The notes beneath the pieces were generated by a model. It was not told where the DNA came from. It saw only the letters and a list, made by a program, of their open reading frames with translations, and searched no databases. A program made the position numbers and the translations under genes. Below are positions 40,588 to 50,232 of a stretch of DNA of 64,000 bases, piece by piece. Source of the stretch: Candidatus Velthaea sp. (lineage in GTDB: Bacteria > Vulcanimicrobiota > Vulcanimicrobiia > Vulcanimicrobiales > Vulcanimicrobiaceae); the NCBI GenBank assembly GCA_050012475.1, contig JBEKHC010000039.1, forward strand, positions 1-64,000. Direction: 5' to 3'. Positions within the stretch are counted from its first letter, which is position 1. Every line of letters begins with the position of its first letter.

Positions 40588-42291
40588 CTACACCCCGATC
40601 GCCATGCTTTGCATCGACTGGGCCGGCGGAAATGCCATCGCAGCGACAAAGACCTTGGTAAACCCTGGATCGGTCGCGAGCTCGATCGACTCGACCGCAC
40701 GGGTTACGGCGAGCAGCGCGCCGCGGGCATCCGCGTTGACCAGCAGCGCTTCGGCGCCCGTGCGCGCGGTGTTGCCGACAAACGTGACTCTGCCTTCAAG
40801 TTGGGGCGGAAACAGACCAATGTCGATGAGGCTGCGCGTCGTGAGGTGGTAGCCGAACGAGCCCGCGACCAGCACCCGGTCCAGATCCGCAGGCACGAGT
40901 CCGTTATGTGCGAGCATCGTATCGATGCCGGCCCGGACGGCTGCTTTTGCCAGTTGCACTTGCCGGATATCGCCTTGGCTGAGATACACGTCGCCGGACA
41001 AATGAAAAACCGTTTTTCCGTCGCGCGGGCGCAAGCGATCGCGTAACGCCGGCGACAGCTGCGTCACCTTGCGCGTGAACCGCCCCGAGCTTTCGACGAC
41101 GCCGGTAACGACCATCGCGGCGAGCGCTTCGATCAAGCCGCTGCCGCAAATCCCGACGGCATCCGCACCGTCGATGGTCGCCACCCGGATGTCGTCGCCG
41201 TCGACTGCAACGCGTTCCACGGCGCCGCGCGCGGCACGCATACCGCAGGCGATGTTCATGCCCTCAAAGGCCGGCCCCGCAGCGGTCGATGTCGCTTGCA
41301 GCCGGCCGTCGCGCGCCAATACCATCTCGCCGTTGGTGCCGATGTCGACGAATAGCGTCACGCCGCCGGCGTTCGGCAGATCGGTCGAGAGCACGCCGGC
41401 GGCGATATCCGCGCCCACGAATCCCGAAATAAGGGGTGGAAAATAGATCTCGGCGCACGCGGCGACACGCAAACCCAGGGACCCGGCGGCGCGCGACTCA
41501 TCGCCCGCGAGCGCCGGCGTGTACGGAAAACGTCCGAGCGGTTCGGGGCTGACGTTGGCGGCAAGGTGCATCATGCACGTATTTCCGGCAACGACCACTT
41601 CGTAGATGCGCCGGCGCGGAATGCGGGCTTCCGCGGCGAGCAATCCGATCATGCGGTCGATCTCGGCCATCAGCTCGTCGTGCAACAGCGCCAAACCGTC
41701 CGCTTGCGATGCAATCTGCACGCGCGACAATACGTCCTGGGCGTGGGCGACCTGTGGATTGAGCGCGGCAACGGAACCGACGCGCGCTCCAGTCCCCAGA
41801 TCGAGTAAAGAGGCAACGAGCGTCGTCGTTCCGATGTCGACTGCGACCCCGTAGAGGCGGGTCGTCGTGTCGCCGTTTTCTTCGGCCAGCTGCCGTTCAC
41901 CCGAACTCACAATGGTGCACCGGCGCTCGTCATCGTAGCTTTTTCGAATGGCCGGGCGCACCGGCAGATCCAGCCGAAGACCGTCTTCGAGGATTCGCAG
42001 GCCGCGCTCGCCCGAACCCGGCAAGGTAACGTCCAGATCCCCCTCGACGAGCGTACTGCACAAGAGCACGCCGCCTTCCGCGACTTGCTCGCTCGAAAGC
42101 CCGCGGGTCGAAACGATGCGCGCTCGCGTCTGCCCTACCGCGTCCAGACGCACGCGGCACTTGCCGCAGGTGCCGACGCCGTTGCACGGTGCTTCCAAGC
42201 GGACGCGAGCCAGTCGCGCGGCGTCGAGCAGCGAGCTGCCGACGGGAACCTCCGCGCTCGCACCGGTGGGGAGAAACGTGACGATCGGCAT
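40588..42291 (-). CDS. ASKHA-family reductive activator of corrinoid proteins with N-terminal 2Fe-2S domain
   Basis: CNGVGTCGKC...C, DIGTTT, DIGTNGE, AAGPAFEG, GICGSG, QLAKAA. Confidence 0.9.
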   Translation of the reverse strand: MPIVTFLPTGASAEVPVGSSLLDAARLARVRLEAPCNGVGTCGKCRVRLDAVGQTRARIVSTRGLSSEQVAEGGVLLCSTLVEGDLDVTLPGSGERGLRILEDGLRLDLPVRPAIRKSYDDERRCTIVSSGERQLAEENGDTTTRLYGVAVDIGTTTLVASLLDLGTGARVGSVAALNPQVAHAQDVLSRVQIASQADGLALLHDELMAEIDRMIGLLAAEARIPRRRIYEVVVAGNTCMMHLAANVSPEPLGRFPYTPALAGDESRAAGSLGLRVAACAEIYFPPLISGFVGADIAAGVLSTDLPNAGGVTLFVDIGTNGEMVLARDGRLQATSTAAGPAFEGMNIACGMRAARGAVERVAVDGDDIRVATIDGADAVGICGSGLIEALAAMVVTGVVESSGRFTRKVTQLSPALRDRLRPRDGKTVFHLSGDVYLSQGDIRQVQLAKAAVRAGIDTMLAHNGLVPADLDRVLVAGSFGYHLTTRSLIDIGLFPPQLEGRVTFVGNTARTGAEALLVNADARGALLAVTRAVESIELATDPGFTKVFVAAMAFPPAQSMQSMAIGV

Positions 42292-42294
42292 TGG

Positions 42295-43329
42295 TCAGGC
42301 CCGGTGCCCGGTCTTCACCGCGCCGGTCAGGGCTCGAATATTGTCGAGACCCGTCGATGTGCTGAGTCCGCAGGCCGGGGCGATAATGTCGACACCATCA
42401 TGCACGAGCCGCTCGGCGCTGCGCTGGACCTTGTTCGCGTCAGCGAATTCCAGCAGCGCGGTACTGAGGTTTCCCATCGTCGTGATTTGCGGATAGTCTG
42501 CTTTGAGCCGCACCAGGCTGACTTTCGCGTCGACGCTGATCGCATCGGCGTGCAGATCGGCGAGGTAGTGGCGACTGCGGCTCATATCACCGCAAATATG
42601 AACGATGACGGGCTTGCCCGCCGCATGCACCGCATCGCACAGCAGGTTGAGGTAACGCACCGCAAACGAGCTGAAAATCGCCGGCCCCAAGATCTCGCCG
42701 GTCGCCGTAGGATCGCCGATCGCGATCACGTCGGCGCCGTTGCGAGCAACTTCCTGCGCGTAAGCGACGAGCAGCCGGGTGATGTAATCGAGCACGCGAT
42801 GCGCGTCGCGCGGTTTGGTGCGCAATTCCTTGAGAAAGCTGAGCGGGTCGACGACCGAAGCAGCCGTGCTGATCGGCCCGGAAAGCGTCGCAATCACCGG
42901 CACGTCGGGGTTGCGCGTTTTGAGCTGATAAGCGGCTTGAATGACCGTCCCGATGCGCCCGCTGCGCACGAGTTGCTCAACGTCGTGAATCTCCACGTCG
43001 CTCGACGAAGCATAGGCCTCCGCCGCGATTTTCGGCTCGCACGAAAGCGAGCCCGAGTCGATGCGGCTGCCGAGCACCTCCGGCTCGACGGTCATGCAGA
43101 ACGGAACCCCGAGATTTTCGAATCCCGTCTTCGCGCGCACGCGTTCGGCAAGTTTGGTCATGCTCTCCGATGAGTAGTGCGCTTGCGGCAGTTTGGGCGA
43201 GTCATCCTCGTCCATCACGCCGACGACCGCCGCGTTGAGCATGCCACCGGTGCAGATGACGGGAGGCCGGTCGACTTGCTCGTTGGCGAGCACGCGCACC
43301 AGGCGTTCGCGCGGAGCAAGCTCAAGCAC
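42295..43329 (-). CDS. UroD-fold methyltransferase (MtaA/CmuA family)
   Basis: PFCMTVE, DPTATGEILG, HICG, APACG. Confidence 0.85.
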   Translation of the reverse strand: MLELAPRERLVRVLANEQVDRPPVICTGGMLNAAVVGVMDEDDSPKLPQAHYSSESMTKLAERVRAKTGFENLGVPFCMTVEPEVLGSRIDSGSLSCEPKIAAEAYASSSDVEIHDVEQLVRSGRIGTVIQAAYQLKTRNPDVPVIATLSGPISTAASVVDPLSFLKELRTKPRDAHRVLDYITRLLVAYAQEVARNGADVIAIGDPTATGEILGPAIFSSFAVRYLNLLCDAVHAAGKPVIVHICGDMSRSRHYLADLHADAISVDAKVSLVRLKADYPQITTMGNLSTALLEFADANKVQRSAERLVHDGVDIIAPACGLSTSTGLDNIRALTGAVKTGHRA

Positions 43330-44386
43330 GAGCGGTTCTCTCCGGCGCGAAAACCGCCGGCAGACCGGTCACGGCAGCGGTCAGTGCGGCGATGTTGGCC
43401 AGGCTGGTGGCGCTTGCCAAACCGCAAGCCGGCGAGACAACGTCGACGCCGCCGCGCACAAGACGGGCACCGACGTTTGCAATTTGGCCAGGCTCTCCCT
43501 GATGCAACAGAAACGTGCTGACGTTGCCTACCACGGCCAACTGCGGAAAGGCTTGGGCGAAGTACTGCAGCGACACCGCGGCATCGGGAATGAAACCATC
43601 GCAGCGCAACGTGCGAAGCTGCGCATCGACGCGGTCGAGGTGACCGCACATGTGCACGAGCACGCGCGCCCCGGTCTGCGCAACCGCGTCGATGAGCCGC
43701 TGCAAATGCGGCAGAACGCTGCGCTCGAAGACCGCCGGACCGGCGAGTGCGGGAGTGACCGTATCTTCGTGAATGACGATGACGTCGGCACCGGCCGCGA
43801 CCAGCTCGCGCGCAAAACCGATCTCGAAGTCCGTGACGTGCTCGACGAGCGAGCGCACATCATCGGGACTTTTGCGCAGCTCGCGAAAGAACGCATCCGG
43901 GCGCACGGCCGCAGCCGCGACGCTGACGGGCCCGATTAGATTCCCGATGATCGGTAAATCTTCCGCGGTCTCGGTCAACCGGCGCACCGCCGCCACCGAG
44001 ATCCCGATGCGCCCGCGCTGCAAACGCTCGTCCACGGGGACGCGCGGCACGTCCGCACACCGCTCGTAGGGTTCGCGCACGACCCGTGCTTCCGTGGCCT
44101 CGTCACCGAGATCGACGATCGCGCCGAATGCTTCCGCCTCGACCGTCGTGCAGAGCGGAACCCCGACCGATTCGAACCCGGTGAGACGCGCAGCCGCCAG
44201 CGCCAGACCGGCCATCGCCGCCGCGTCCGAATGCGCGTCGGGCAACCGGTAGCCCGAACGAATCACGACTTCCGCCGGGACGCCGCTCATGCTGCCGCCG
44301 CTGCAAATGACCGGGGGACGATCGACGGGGAGGCGCGCGAGCGCCTGCAGCAAACGGGCGCGACGATCCAATGCGGCGCTCACCAT
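43322..44386 (-). CDS. UroD-fold methyltransferase (MtaA/CmuA family)
   Basis: PLCTTVEAEAFG, HMCG, SPACG. Confidence 0.85.
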   Translation of the reverse strand: MVSAALDRRARLLQALARLPVDRPPVICSGGSMSGVPAEVVIRSGYRLPDAHSDAAAMAGLALAAARLTGFESVGVPLCTTVEAEAFGAIVDLGDEATEARVVREPYERCADVPRVPVDERLQRGRIGISVAAVRRLTETAEDLPIIGNLIGPVSVAAAAVRPDAFFRELRKSPDDVRSLVEHVTDFEIGFARELVAAGADVIVIHEDTVTPALAGPAVFERSVLPHLQRLIDAVAQTGARVLVHMCGHLDRVDAQLRTLRCDGFIPDAAVSLQYFAQAFPQLAVVGNVSTFLLHQGEPGQIANVGARLVRGGVDVVSPACGLASATSLANIAALTAAVTGLPAVFAPERTARA

Positions 44387-44391
44387 TGCAA

Positions 44392-45474
44392 CTAATAGTG
44401 CCCGTAGAGCCGGGCGGCCTTGACCATGGTCGCGGCGCTGAGCAGGTTGCCGTTGGGCGGAAACTCGCAGCCGCTCGAGAGGATGAACCCGCCCTCGGCA
44501 ACGCGGAAGGTTTCGATTTGCTGACGGCATTCTTCGAGCAGATCCGCTTGGCTGAACTCGTGACCGGCCTTCGCGGGGTCGATGACGCCGATGGTCACGA
44601 CCTTCTTCCCCCAGTTCTGCGCGTGCGCCGTGAGGTCGGCCGAGCCGTAGGCCGGATACGCGTGCGAGATCGCAATCGGTTCGATGTGCTCGATTACCGC
44701 GTCGAAATACACGCCGTTACCGCAATTGTGCACGATCACGGGTACGCCGGCGGCGCGAACTGCGTCAGCGATCGGATGCATGAACACGCCCTCGAAATCG
44801 ACCCAGGTCTGTTTCTTGAGAATCGACGCCGAGGAATACAGCGGATCGAGGACGATGGCGTGCGCTCCCGCCTCCACTTGGGCGACAGCGTACTCGACGA
44901 GCACGCCGGTAATCGTGTTCACCGCTTCGAGCACGCGATCGGGATGGCGGATCAAATCTTTAAACAATTCGGCATGACCGCGAATCTGCGACAACACGCC
45001 CAACGGGCCATACACGAAACCCATCACCGCGACGTCCTTGCCGCGCGCTTCAGCGAGACCGCGCACGATCTCGATGACGCCGCTGGTGCGGCGCGATTTG
45101 CGCGGATCGAAAGCGCGCACTTTCCCGTACTCCTGCGCCGTTGCAATAAACGGATTGTCGAAGTTCGGGAGCGCCGTGCTCCAATCGGGGAAGAGCACTT
45201 CTTGGCCGAAGTCTTCGGCTTCGACCGACAGGTCGACCAGGGTGAGCCAGCCGTCGAACCCGATCAGTTCTTGCGCCGCGAGCAGGCTGGCCGTCGCGGC
45301 CTTCGCATCCTGCGACCAGCGGCCGTACGAGATGCCCAAGACGCGGCCCGAGGCGCCGCAGACGAGCGGCGCCGCCGGTACCCGGTCGGGCTTTTTGTAT
45401 TGCAGCGCCAGTCCGACCCGTTCGAGCGACGTCAGTTGGTCGCGCTGGGCCGTGGCGGTTCCGTTGGTGCTCAT
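44392..45474 (-). CDS. UroD-fold methyltransferase (MtaA/CmuA family)
   Basis: PDRVP, DLSVEAEDFG, HNCG, FILSSGCE. Confidence 0.85.
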   Translation of the reverse strand: MSTNGTATAQRDQLTSLERVGLALQYKKPDRVPAAPLVCGASGRVLGISYGRWSQDAKAATASLLAAQELIGFDGWLTLVDLSVEAEDFGQEVLFPDWSTALPNFDNPFIATAQEYGKVRAFDPRKSRRTSGVIEIVRGLAEARGKDVAVMGFVYGPLGVLSQIRGHAELFKDLIRHPDRVLEAVNTITGVLVEYAVAQVEAGAHAIVLDPLYSSASILKKQTWVDFEGVFMHPIADAVRAAGVPVIVHNCGNGVYFDAVIEHIEPIAISHAYPAYGSADLTAHAQNWGKKVVTIGVIDPAKAGHEFSQADLLEECRQQIETFRVAEGGFILSSGCEFPPNGNLLSAATMVKAARLYGHY

Positions 45475-46133
45475 GCCGCGTGCACGACTTCAGTCAGGCG
45501 TTTTGCCAGTTGCACGGCGAGCGTCGCCTTCGCCGCGTAGCCGTCGGCTCCGATGCGGTCGGCGAATTGCTGCGAGAGCGGAGCGCCGCCGACGATCACT
45601 TTGAAGCGCTCGCGGATGTCCTCGGCTCGGAGTATTCGGACGACTTGCGCCATCTGATCCATCGTCGTCGTCATGAGCGTCGAAAGTGCGATCACGTCGG
45701 CATTCACTTCCAACGCGCGATCGACGAACGTTCGGGCCGGCACGTCGCGGCCCAGATCGAAGACCTCGAAACCGGCAACTTCGAGCATGATCCGCACCAA
45801 ATTCTTGCCGATGTCGTGCGTGTCGCCGGCAACCACGCCGATGACGACCCGGCGACCGCGCACGGACGATTCCTGACGAATATGGGGCTGCAGGATCGCG
45901 AGGCCGGCATACATCGCATCGGCCGCAATCAAGAGTTCGGGAACGAAGTACTCCTCTTCGTCAAAGAGTTTTCCCGCCGCATTCATGCCGGCAATCAACC
46001 CATGTTCGACCGCCGCCCAAGCGTCGAGGCCCTGCGTGACTACCTCCTGCGACAGCTCGGCCGTCAACGGCTCGTCAAGCTCGAGAACCGCGTTGGCTAG
46101 AGCGGCATGCAGCTCATCAGGATCTTCGGACAT
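45471..46133 (-). CDS. Corrinoid (B12-binding) methyl-carrier protein
   Basis: YFVPELL, GDTHDIGKN, DLGRDVP, STLMTTT, VGGAP. Confidence 0.9.
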   Translation of the reverse strand: MSEDPDELHAALANAVLELDEPLTAELSQEVVTQGLDAWAAVEHGLIAGMNAAGKLFDEEEYFVPELLIAADAMYAGLAILQPHIRQESSVRGRRVVIGVVAGDTHDIGKNLVRIMLEVAGFEVFDLGRDVPARTFVDRALEVNADVIALSTLMTTTMDQMAQVVRILRAEDIRERFKVIVGGAPLSQQFADRIGADGYAAKATLAVQLAKRLTEVVHAA

Positions 46134-46180
46134 AACATCTCCTTCTGTCGAAAGCGGCGCGTCCGGACGGCCGCGCAGAG

Positions 46181-46426
46181 TCAGTCATCATCGAGCTGCG
46201 CGACACCATTCACGAGCTCGATCCTTTCGTGGCTGCAGGCACCGGCGCACGCCCCGCATCCCGCACAGCGTCCGCTATCGATACTGATGCCTTCGTCGAC
46301 GCGCGTAACCGCGTCGTTGAAACACACTTCCGTGCAAGGCGCTTCACAAACGCGACAGACCCCGTCGGACGGTCCGCGATCCGAAGCTGGTTGACCCACA
46401 CCCGATGACGCCACGAAGATCGACAT
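46181..46426 (-). CDS. 4Fe-4S ferredoxin; start uncertain, may be the 3' part of a frameshifted gene starting near 46574
   Basis: CRVCEAPCTEVC and CAGCGACAGAC. Confidence 0.7.
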   Translation of the reverse strand: MSIFVASSGVGQPASDRGPSDGVCRVCEAPCTEVCFNDAVTRVDEGISIDSGRCAGCGACAGACSHERIELVNGVAQLDDD

Positions 46427-46595
46427 TCAACAAGCGGTCTTTCTGATCGAGAGAACCGGCGCTCAGATGGTCGAGCATCGCGTCGAGCGCTTTTAAGTCA
46501 GTACCGACATCGACGTTCAAGCCGGCGATTCGACCGCGTAGGCCGTGCCCGCTGGTCCGGTACCTTCGAGCCACACCGCAATGTCGCGTTTGGAA

Positions 46596-46636
46596 GAAAA
46601 ATGACGAAGCCCCTCACCGAACCGGCGAAGGGCTTC
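46596..46636 (-). terminator. Attenuator terminator L9
   Basis: Minus GAAGCCCTTCGCCG/CGGTGAGGGGCTTC then GTCATTTTTC (imperfect U tract). Confidence 0.6.
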
Positions 46637-46674
46637 TTCGCAGAATAGCGCGGTGCGCTAACCCGCGGTGAAAC

Positions 46675-46734
46675 TCACCGGCCCATTCGAAGGGGCCGGG
46701 TACACCACTGCGCTAACGCACGAGAGAGAAGCAT
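46675..46734 (-). CDS. Single-Cys attenuator leader peptide L9 (corrinoid operon)
   Basis: MLLSRALAQWCTRPLRMGR*; minus TTGACA 46773-46768, TACTAT 46749-46744, ATG 9 nt later. Confidence 0.6.
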   Translation of the reverse strand: MLLSRALAQWCTRPLRMGR

Positions 46735-47048
46735 TGCTTAATGATAGTAGCTGTTTGACGGTTCATGTGTCAAGCAGATGAATGCAGTTCTCAAACACAT
46801 GTGCTAAAGCAATTGCTATGCTTTATTGGAATTAAATCGTTTGCTCCGCATGTTGCCGGTTTGCTCGCTGCGCGCTTTCGACAGGGATGCCGCGCTGCAA
46901 CGAGCATTCGACGCTAACTTAGGGTCAACTATAATTTAACGTAGGGCCGACAAAATGCAAAATGCCGGCACCCATTATGCAATCGCTGCTTAACTACTTC
47001 ACGACGGAAGCGAACTTCCGGACGCGACGTACGAGCAGCTCCGCCTCT

Positions 47049-47708
47049 TCACTTCGCGCGATGATCGATTTGCTGCGTGACCCGATCGCCGCCGGCCTGA
47101 ACCGCGCACACGAACGCGATCAGCACCAGGACGACGGCGATCATCACGGTCGTCTCAAAGCGCTGATACCCGTAGCGGATCGCGAGGTCGCCCAAACCGC
47201 CCGCGCCCACCGCACCCGCAACGGCCGACTCGCCGATGAGCGAGATCAACGTCACCGTAAAGCCCGCCGACAGCCCGGGGAGCGCCTCGGGAACGAGCAC
47301 TTCCCAGACGATCGTGGCGCGGTTCGCTCCCATCGCGCGCGCCGCTTCGATCAGGCCTCCGTCGACTTCGCGCAGCGAGACTTCGGCGATGCGGGCAAAG
47401 TATGGGATCGCCGCGATCGACAGCGGGACGATCGCCGCCAACGTGCCGATCGACGTGCCCGCGATCAGCCGCGTAAACGGAATGAGCGCAACCATCAAGA
47501 TGATGAACGGGACCGAACGAAACGAATTGACGACCGCGCCAAGGATCCGGTTGACCGTCGGTTGTTCGACGATTCCGCCGCGATCGGTGCATACCAGAAC
47601 GAGGCCGATCGGCAACCCGATAAGGAGTGCGATAAGGCCCGAAGCGCCGACCATCAGCAGCGTTTCGAGCAGGGCCTCAACCGTGAGGTTAACGATCTGA
47701 GTTGAGAT
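47049..47708 (-). CDS. metI: Methionine-type ABC permease (probable ATC start at 47708)
   Basis: RSVPFIILM, EVDGGLIEAA, GAGGLGDLAIRYGYQRF; GGAGGT 8 nt before in-frame ATC. Confidence 0.85.
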   Translation of the reverse strand: MSTQIVNLTVEALLETLLMVGASGLIALLIGLPIGLVLVCTDRGGIVEQPTVNRILGAVVNSFRSVPFIILMVALIPFTRLIAGTSIGTLAAIVPLSIAAIPYFARIAEVSLREVDGGLIEAARAMGANRATIVWEVLVPEALPGLSAGFTVTLISLIGESAVAGAVGAGGLGDLAIRYGYQRFETTVMIAVVLVLIAFVCAVQAGGDRVTQQIDHRAK

Positions 47709-48783
47709 AGCCGAGCACCTCCACGGAAGAAACGCGGTCTTCGACGAACGCGCGGAAGCGCGAAGCCACGTCCGGCCCAGTATTTTTCACGCTCACGAAC
47801 AGGGTTCCGATCGGCTCGCCCTGCACGTGCTCGACTCCGCCCTCGAGCAGCGTCGCCGCGCCAAAGACTTGCGAAAGGTTGGCAAGGAGCGGCGAGCGCG
47901 CCTGATCCCCTTGCACGTCGAGGCGCACGACGAGAGCATCGCCCGTCACTTCGTGCAGCCGTGCAGCGATAAACTCCGGCAGCTCCGGCCGCAACGCGCC
48001 GAGCAGCCTGCGCGTGCCCGGCGCCTCGGGCGCGGCGAACACCGCAGACACGGGGCCCGTCTCGATGACCCGGCTATTTTCGAGCACGACGACCCGGTCG
48101 GCGATCGCACGGATCACGCTCATCTCATGGGTAATCAGCACGATCGTGAGCCGCAAGCGGCGGTTGATCTCGCGCAGCAGTTCGAGAATCGAAAGCGTCG
48201 TCTCCGGATCGAGCGCCGACGTGCCTTCGTCGGAGAGCAACAGCAGCGGTTCGGCGGCGAGCGCACGCGCGATGCCCACGCGCTGTTTCTGGCCGCCGGA
48301 AAGCTGCGCCGGATAGGCGTCGCCGCGCCCGGAGAGATCGGCGAGGTCGAGCAGTTCGTTCACGCGCCGGCGACGCTGGGCAGCAGCGATTCCGGCGATC
48401 TTCAGCGGCAAGGCAATGTTCTGCGCCACCGTCTTCGATGAGAGCAGATTGAAGTGCTGAAAAATCATTCCGATCCGGCGTCGCATCGGCTGCAGTTCGC
48501 TCTCCGAGAGGCGGGCGATATCCACGCCCTCGATCTCGACCATCCCGGTGTCGGGACGCTCGAGACCGTTGAGGCAGCGAATGAGCGTCGTCTTTCCCGC
48601 GCCGCTGCGGCCGATGATCCCGAGGATCTCGCCCGGCTGCACCGCGAGCGAGATCGCATCGAGCGCAACGTATTCGCCGAATCGCTTACCGACGTTGCTC
48701 AGCCGCAGCAGCGCACGCGAATCGGTTTGGTCGTCGACGGGCTGATCCCGGATAGCGAACGGCGACGCAGAAACCTGGCTCAC
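47689..48783 (-). CDS. metN: Methionine-type ABC ATP-binding protein with C-terminal NIL-like domain
   Basis: GRSGAGKTT, FQHFNLL, LSGGQKQRVGIARAL, TSALDPETT. Confidence 0.9.
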   Translation of the reverse strand: MSQVSASPFAIRDQPVDDQTDSRALLRLSNVGKRFGEYVALDAISLAVQPGEILGIIGRSGAGKTTLIRCLNGLERPDTGMVEIEGVDIARLSESELQPMRRRIGMIFQHFNLLSSKTVAQNIALPLKIAGIAAAQRRRRVNELLDLADLSGRGDAYPAQLSGGQKQRVGIARALAAEPLLLLSDEGTSALDPETTLSILELLREINRRLRLTIVLITHEMSVIRAIADRVVVLENSRVIETGPVSAVFAAPEAPGTRRLLGALRPELPEFIAARLHEVTGDALVVRLDVQGDQARSPLLANLSQVFGAATLLEGGVEHVQGEPIGTLFVSVKNTGPDVASRFRAFVEDRVSSVEVLGYLNSDR

Positions 48784-49592
48784 CAGCCCGGAAGCGCCGT
48801 TCCGTGGTAGACCTTGACCAAGGCGCTCTTGATATCGTTGTTCTCGTACGACGCCACGAGCGTGCGCACCCAGGTTTCGTTCTCCTCACCCGTTTTCACC
48901 GCGATGAAGTTGCGGTACGGGTTGTCCTTGGCGGGCTCGGTCGCGATGCGGTCTTTCTGCGTGAGCTTCGACTTGGCGGCCCAGTCGGTGTTGACGACGG
49001 CGGCATCCACGTCGTCGATCGAGCGGCCCACGATGCCGGCGTCGAGTTCGCGCACGACGATGTTTTTCGGATTGCTGACGATATCGGTCTGCGTCGCCGT
49101 TATGCCGGAGCCTTCGCGCAGCTTGATCAGGCCGACGTCCTCGAGCAGCACCAGCGCGCGGCCTTCATTGCTTGGATCGTTCGGCACGCCGATCTTTGCG
49201 CCGGCCGGCAGATCGGCGACGCTGCGATGCTTGTGCGAATACAGTCCGATCGGCCAAATCGCCGTGTAACCGGCGATCGCGATATGATAGCCGCGCGTCT
49301 TGATCTGATTGTCGAGATACGGCTTGTGTTGGAATGCATTCGCATCCAGTTCGCCGTGTTCGAGTGCTTCATTGGGTTGCGTGTAGTCGTTGAACGTCAC
49401 GACCTTCACGTTGAGACCGCGCTTCTTGGCCTCTTGCACGACGAGGGCCCAGAGGTCCTCATCCTCACCGCTTTCGATGCCGACGCGGACGGGATTCGGG
49501 GCGCTGTCCGCGTGCGCGAGGAGCGGCAGCGAACCGCCGAACAGAACGCTGGCTGCGAGGACGGCGACAGCCCAGCGGCGATAAATCTTCAC
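48780..49592 (-). CDS. metQ: MetQ/NlpA-family substrate-binding protein
   Basis: FNDYTQPN, DANAFQHKPYL, PNDPSNEGRAL; AAGGAG before GTG 49592. Confidence 0.9.
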   Translation of the reverse strand: MKIYRRWAVAVLAASVLFGGSLPLLAHADSAPNPVRVGIESGEDEDLWALVVQEAKKRGLNVKVVTFNDYTQPNEALEHGELDANAFQHKPYLDNQIKTRGYHIAIAGYTAIWPIGLYSHKHRSVADLPAGAKIGVPNDPSNEGRALVLLEDVGLIKLREGSGITATQTDIVSNPKNIVVRELDAGIVGRSIDDVDAAVVNTDWAAKSKLTQKDRIATEPAKDNPYRNFIAVKTGEENETWVRTLVASYENNDIKSALVKVYHGTALPGW

Positions 49593-49638
49593 GACGAGAA
49601 AACTCCTTGCATGAGTGCGGGGTGAAATGACATGAAAT

Positions 49639-49668
49639 AAAAAAGCCCTCGACCGATCGGTAGAGGGC
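49639..49668 (-). terminator. Attenuator terminator L10
   Basis: Minus GCCCTCTACCG/CGGTCGAGGGC then T6. Confidence 0.8.
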
Positions 49669-49690
49669 AAAATCTTGCGCTCCCGCGTCT

Positions 49691-49768
49691 TTAGACGCGC
49701 GCAAACCTCTTCCGACCTATTATGGGCGCCGACGAACACCGACACATCGCGCTGGCGGAAGAACTCAT
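49691..49768 (-). CDS. Cys-containing attenuator leader peptide L10 (metQNI-1)
   Basis: MSSSASAMCRCSSAPIIGRKRFARV*; minus TTGACA 49804-49799, TAGCGT 49780-49775, ATG 6 nt later. Confidence 0.75.
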   Translation of the reverse strand: MSSSASAMCRCSSAPIIGRKRFARV

Positions 49769-50126
49769 GGCGCTACGCTACCATCCCGTTGCGCGGCGTG
49801 TCAACCATCGCCCACGCCAACGTTGCCTTTCCGCTCCAACTCGCCGGACCGCCGCGCAGCGAGATCGCAGCGCGCGGTGGTCTTTGCAGGCGCCACGTCA
49901 TTTCCGTGGGCGCAACATCGCGCTCGAATCCCAACCGCGCGAAATCGTGCGTAGCGACCAGGCCGCGCAGGACGAGCCTCCCATCGTTCGCGCGCTCAAG
50001 CGTGTCGGATTGACCGCGTTTGCGCGCCCGCGCGGGGACGGCCGAACGCTGTTCGAGATAAACGTTCGCCGGATGGGCGATCCGGCAGGCGGGTCCTCGC
50101 ACAGCCGCGTAAGTTGTCGCTCTGCA

Positions 50127-50207
50127 ATGTACCCATCCACTTTCTGTTGTGCTTGTCGGTGTTCGACTGCTCCATTGGGCACGCCGGTGAGGTATATGCG
50201 CGCTTAA
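50127..50207 (+). CDS. Cys-rich attenuator leader peptide L11 (FadL-DUF4395-cysK)
   Basis: MYPSTFCCACRCSTAPLGTPVRYMRA*; promoter not clearly seen. Confidence 0.75.
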   Translation: MYPSTFCCACRCSTAPLGTPVRYMRA

Positions 50208-50232
50208 GCGATCGTCGCAATTCAGCCCGTAC

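Noticed and set aside
46344..46574. Separate 76-aa gene, or selenocysteine at the TGA just before the ferredoxin ATG
   Set aside because: No motif or SECIS seen; may be a frameshifted N-terminus, unresolved
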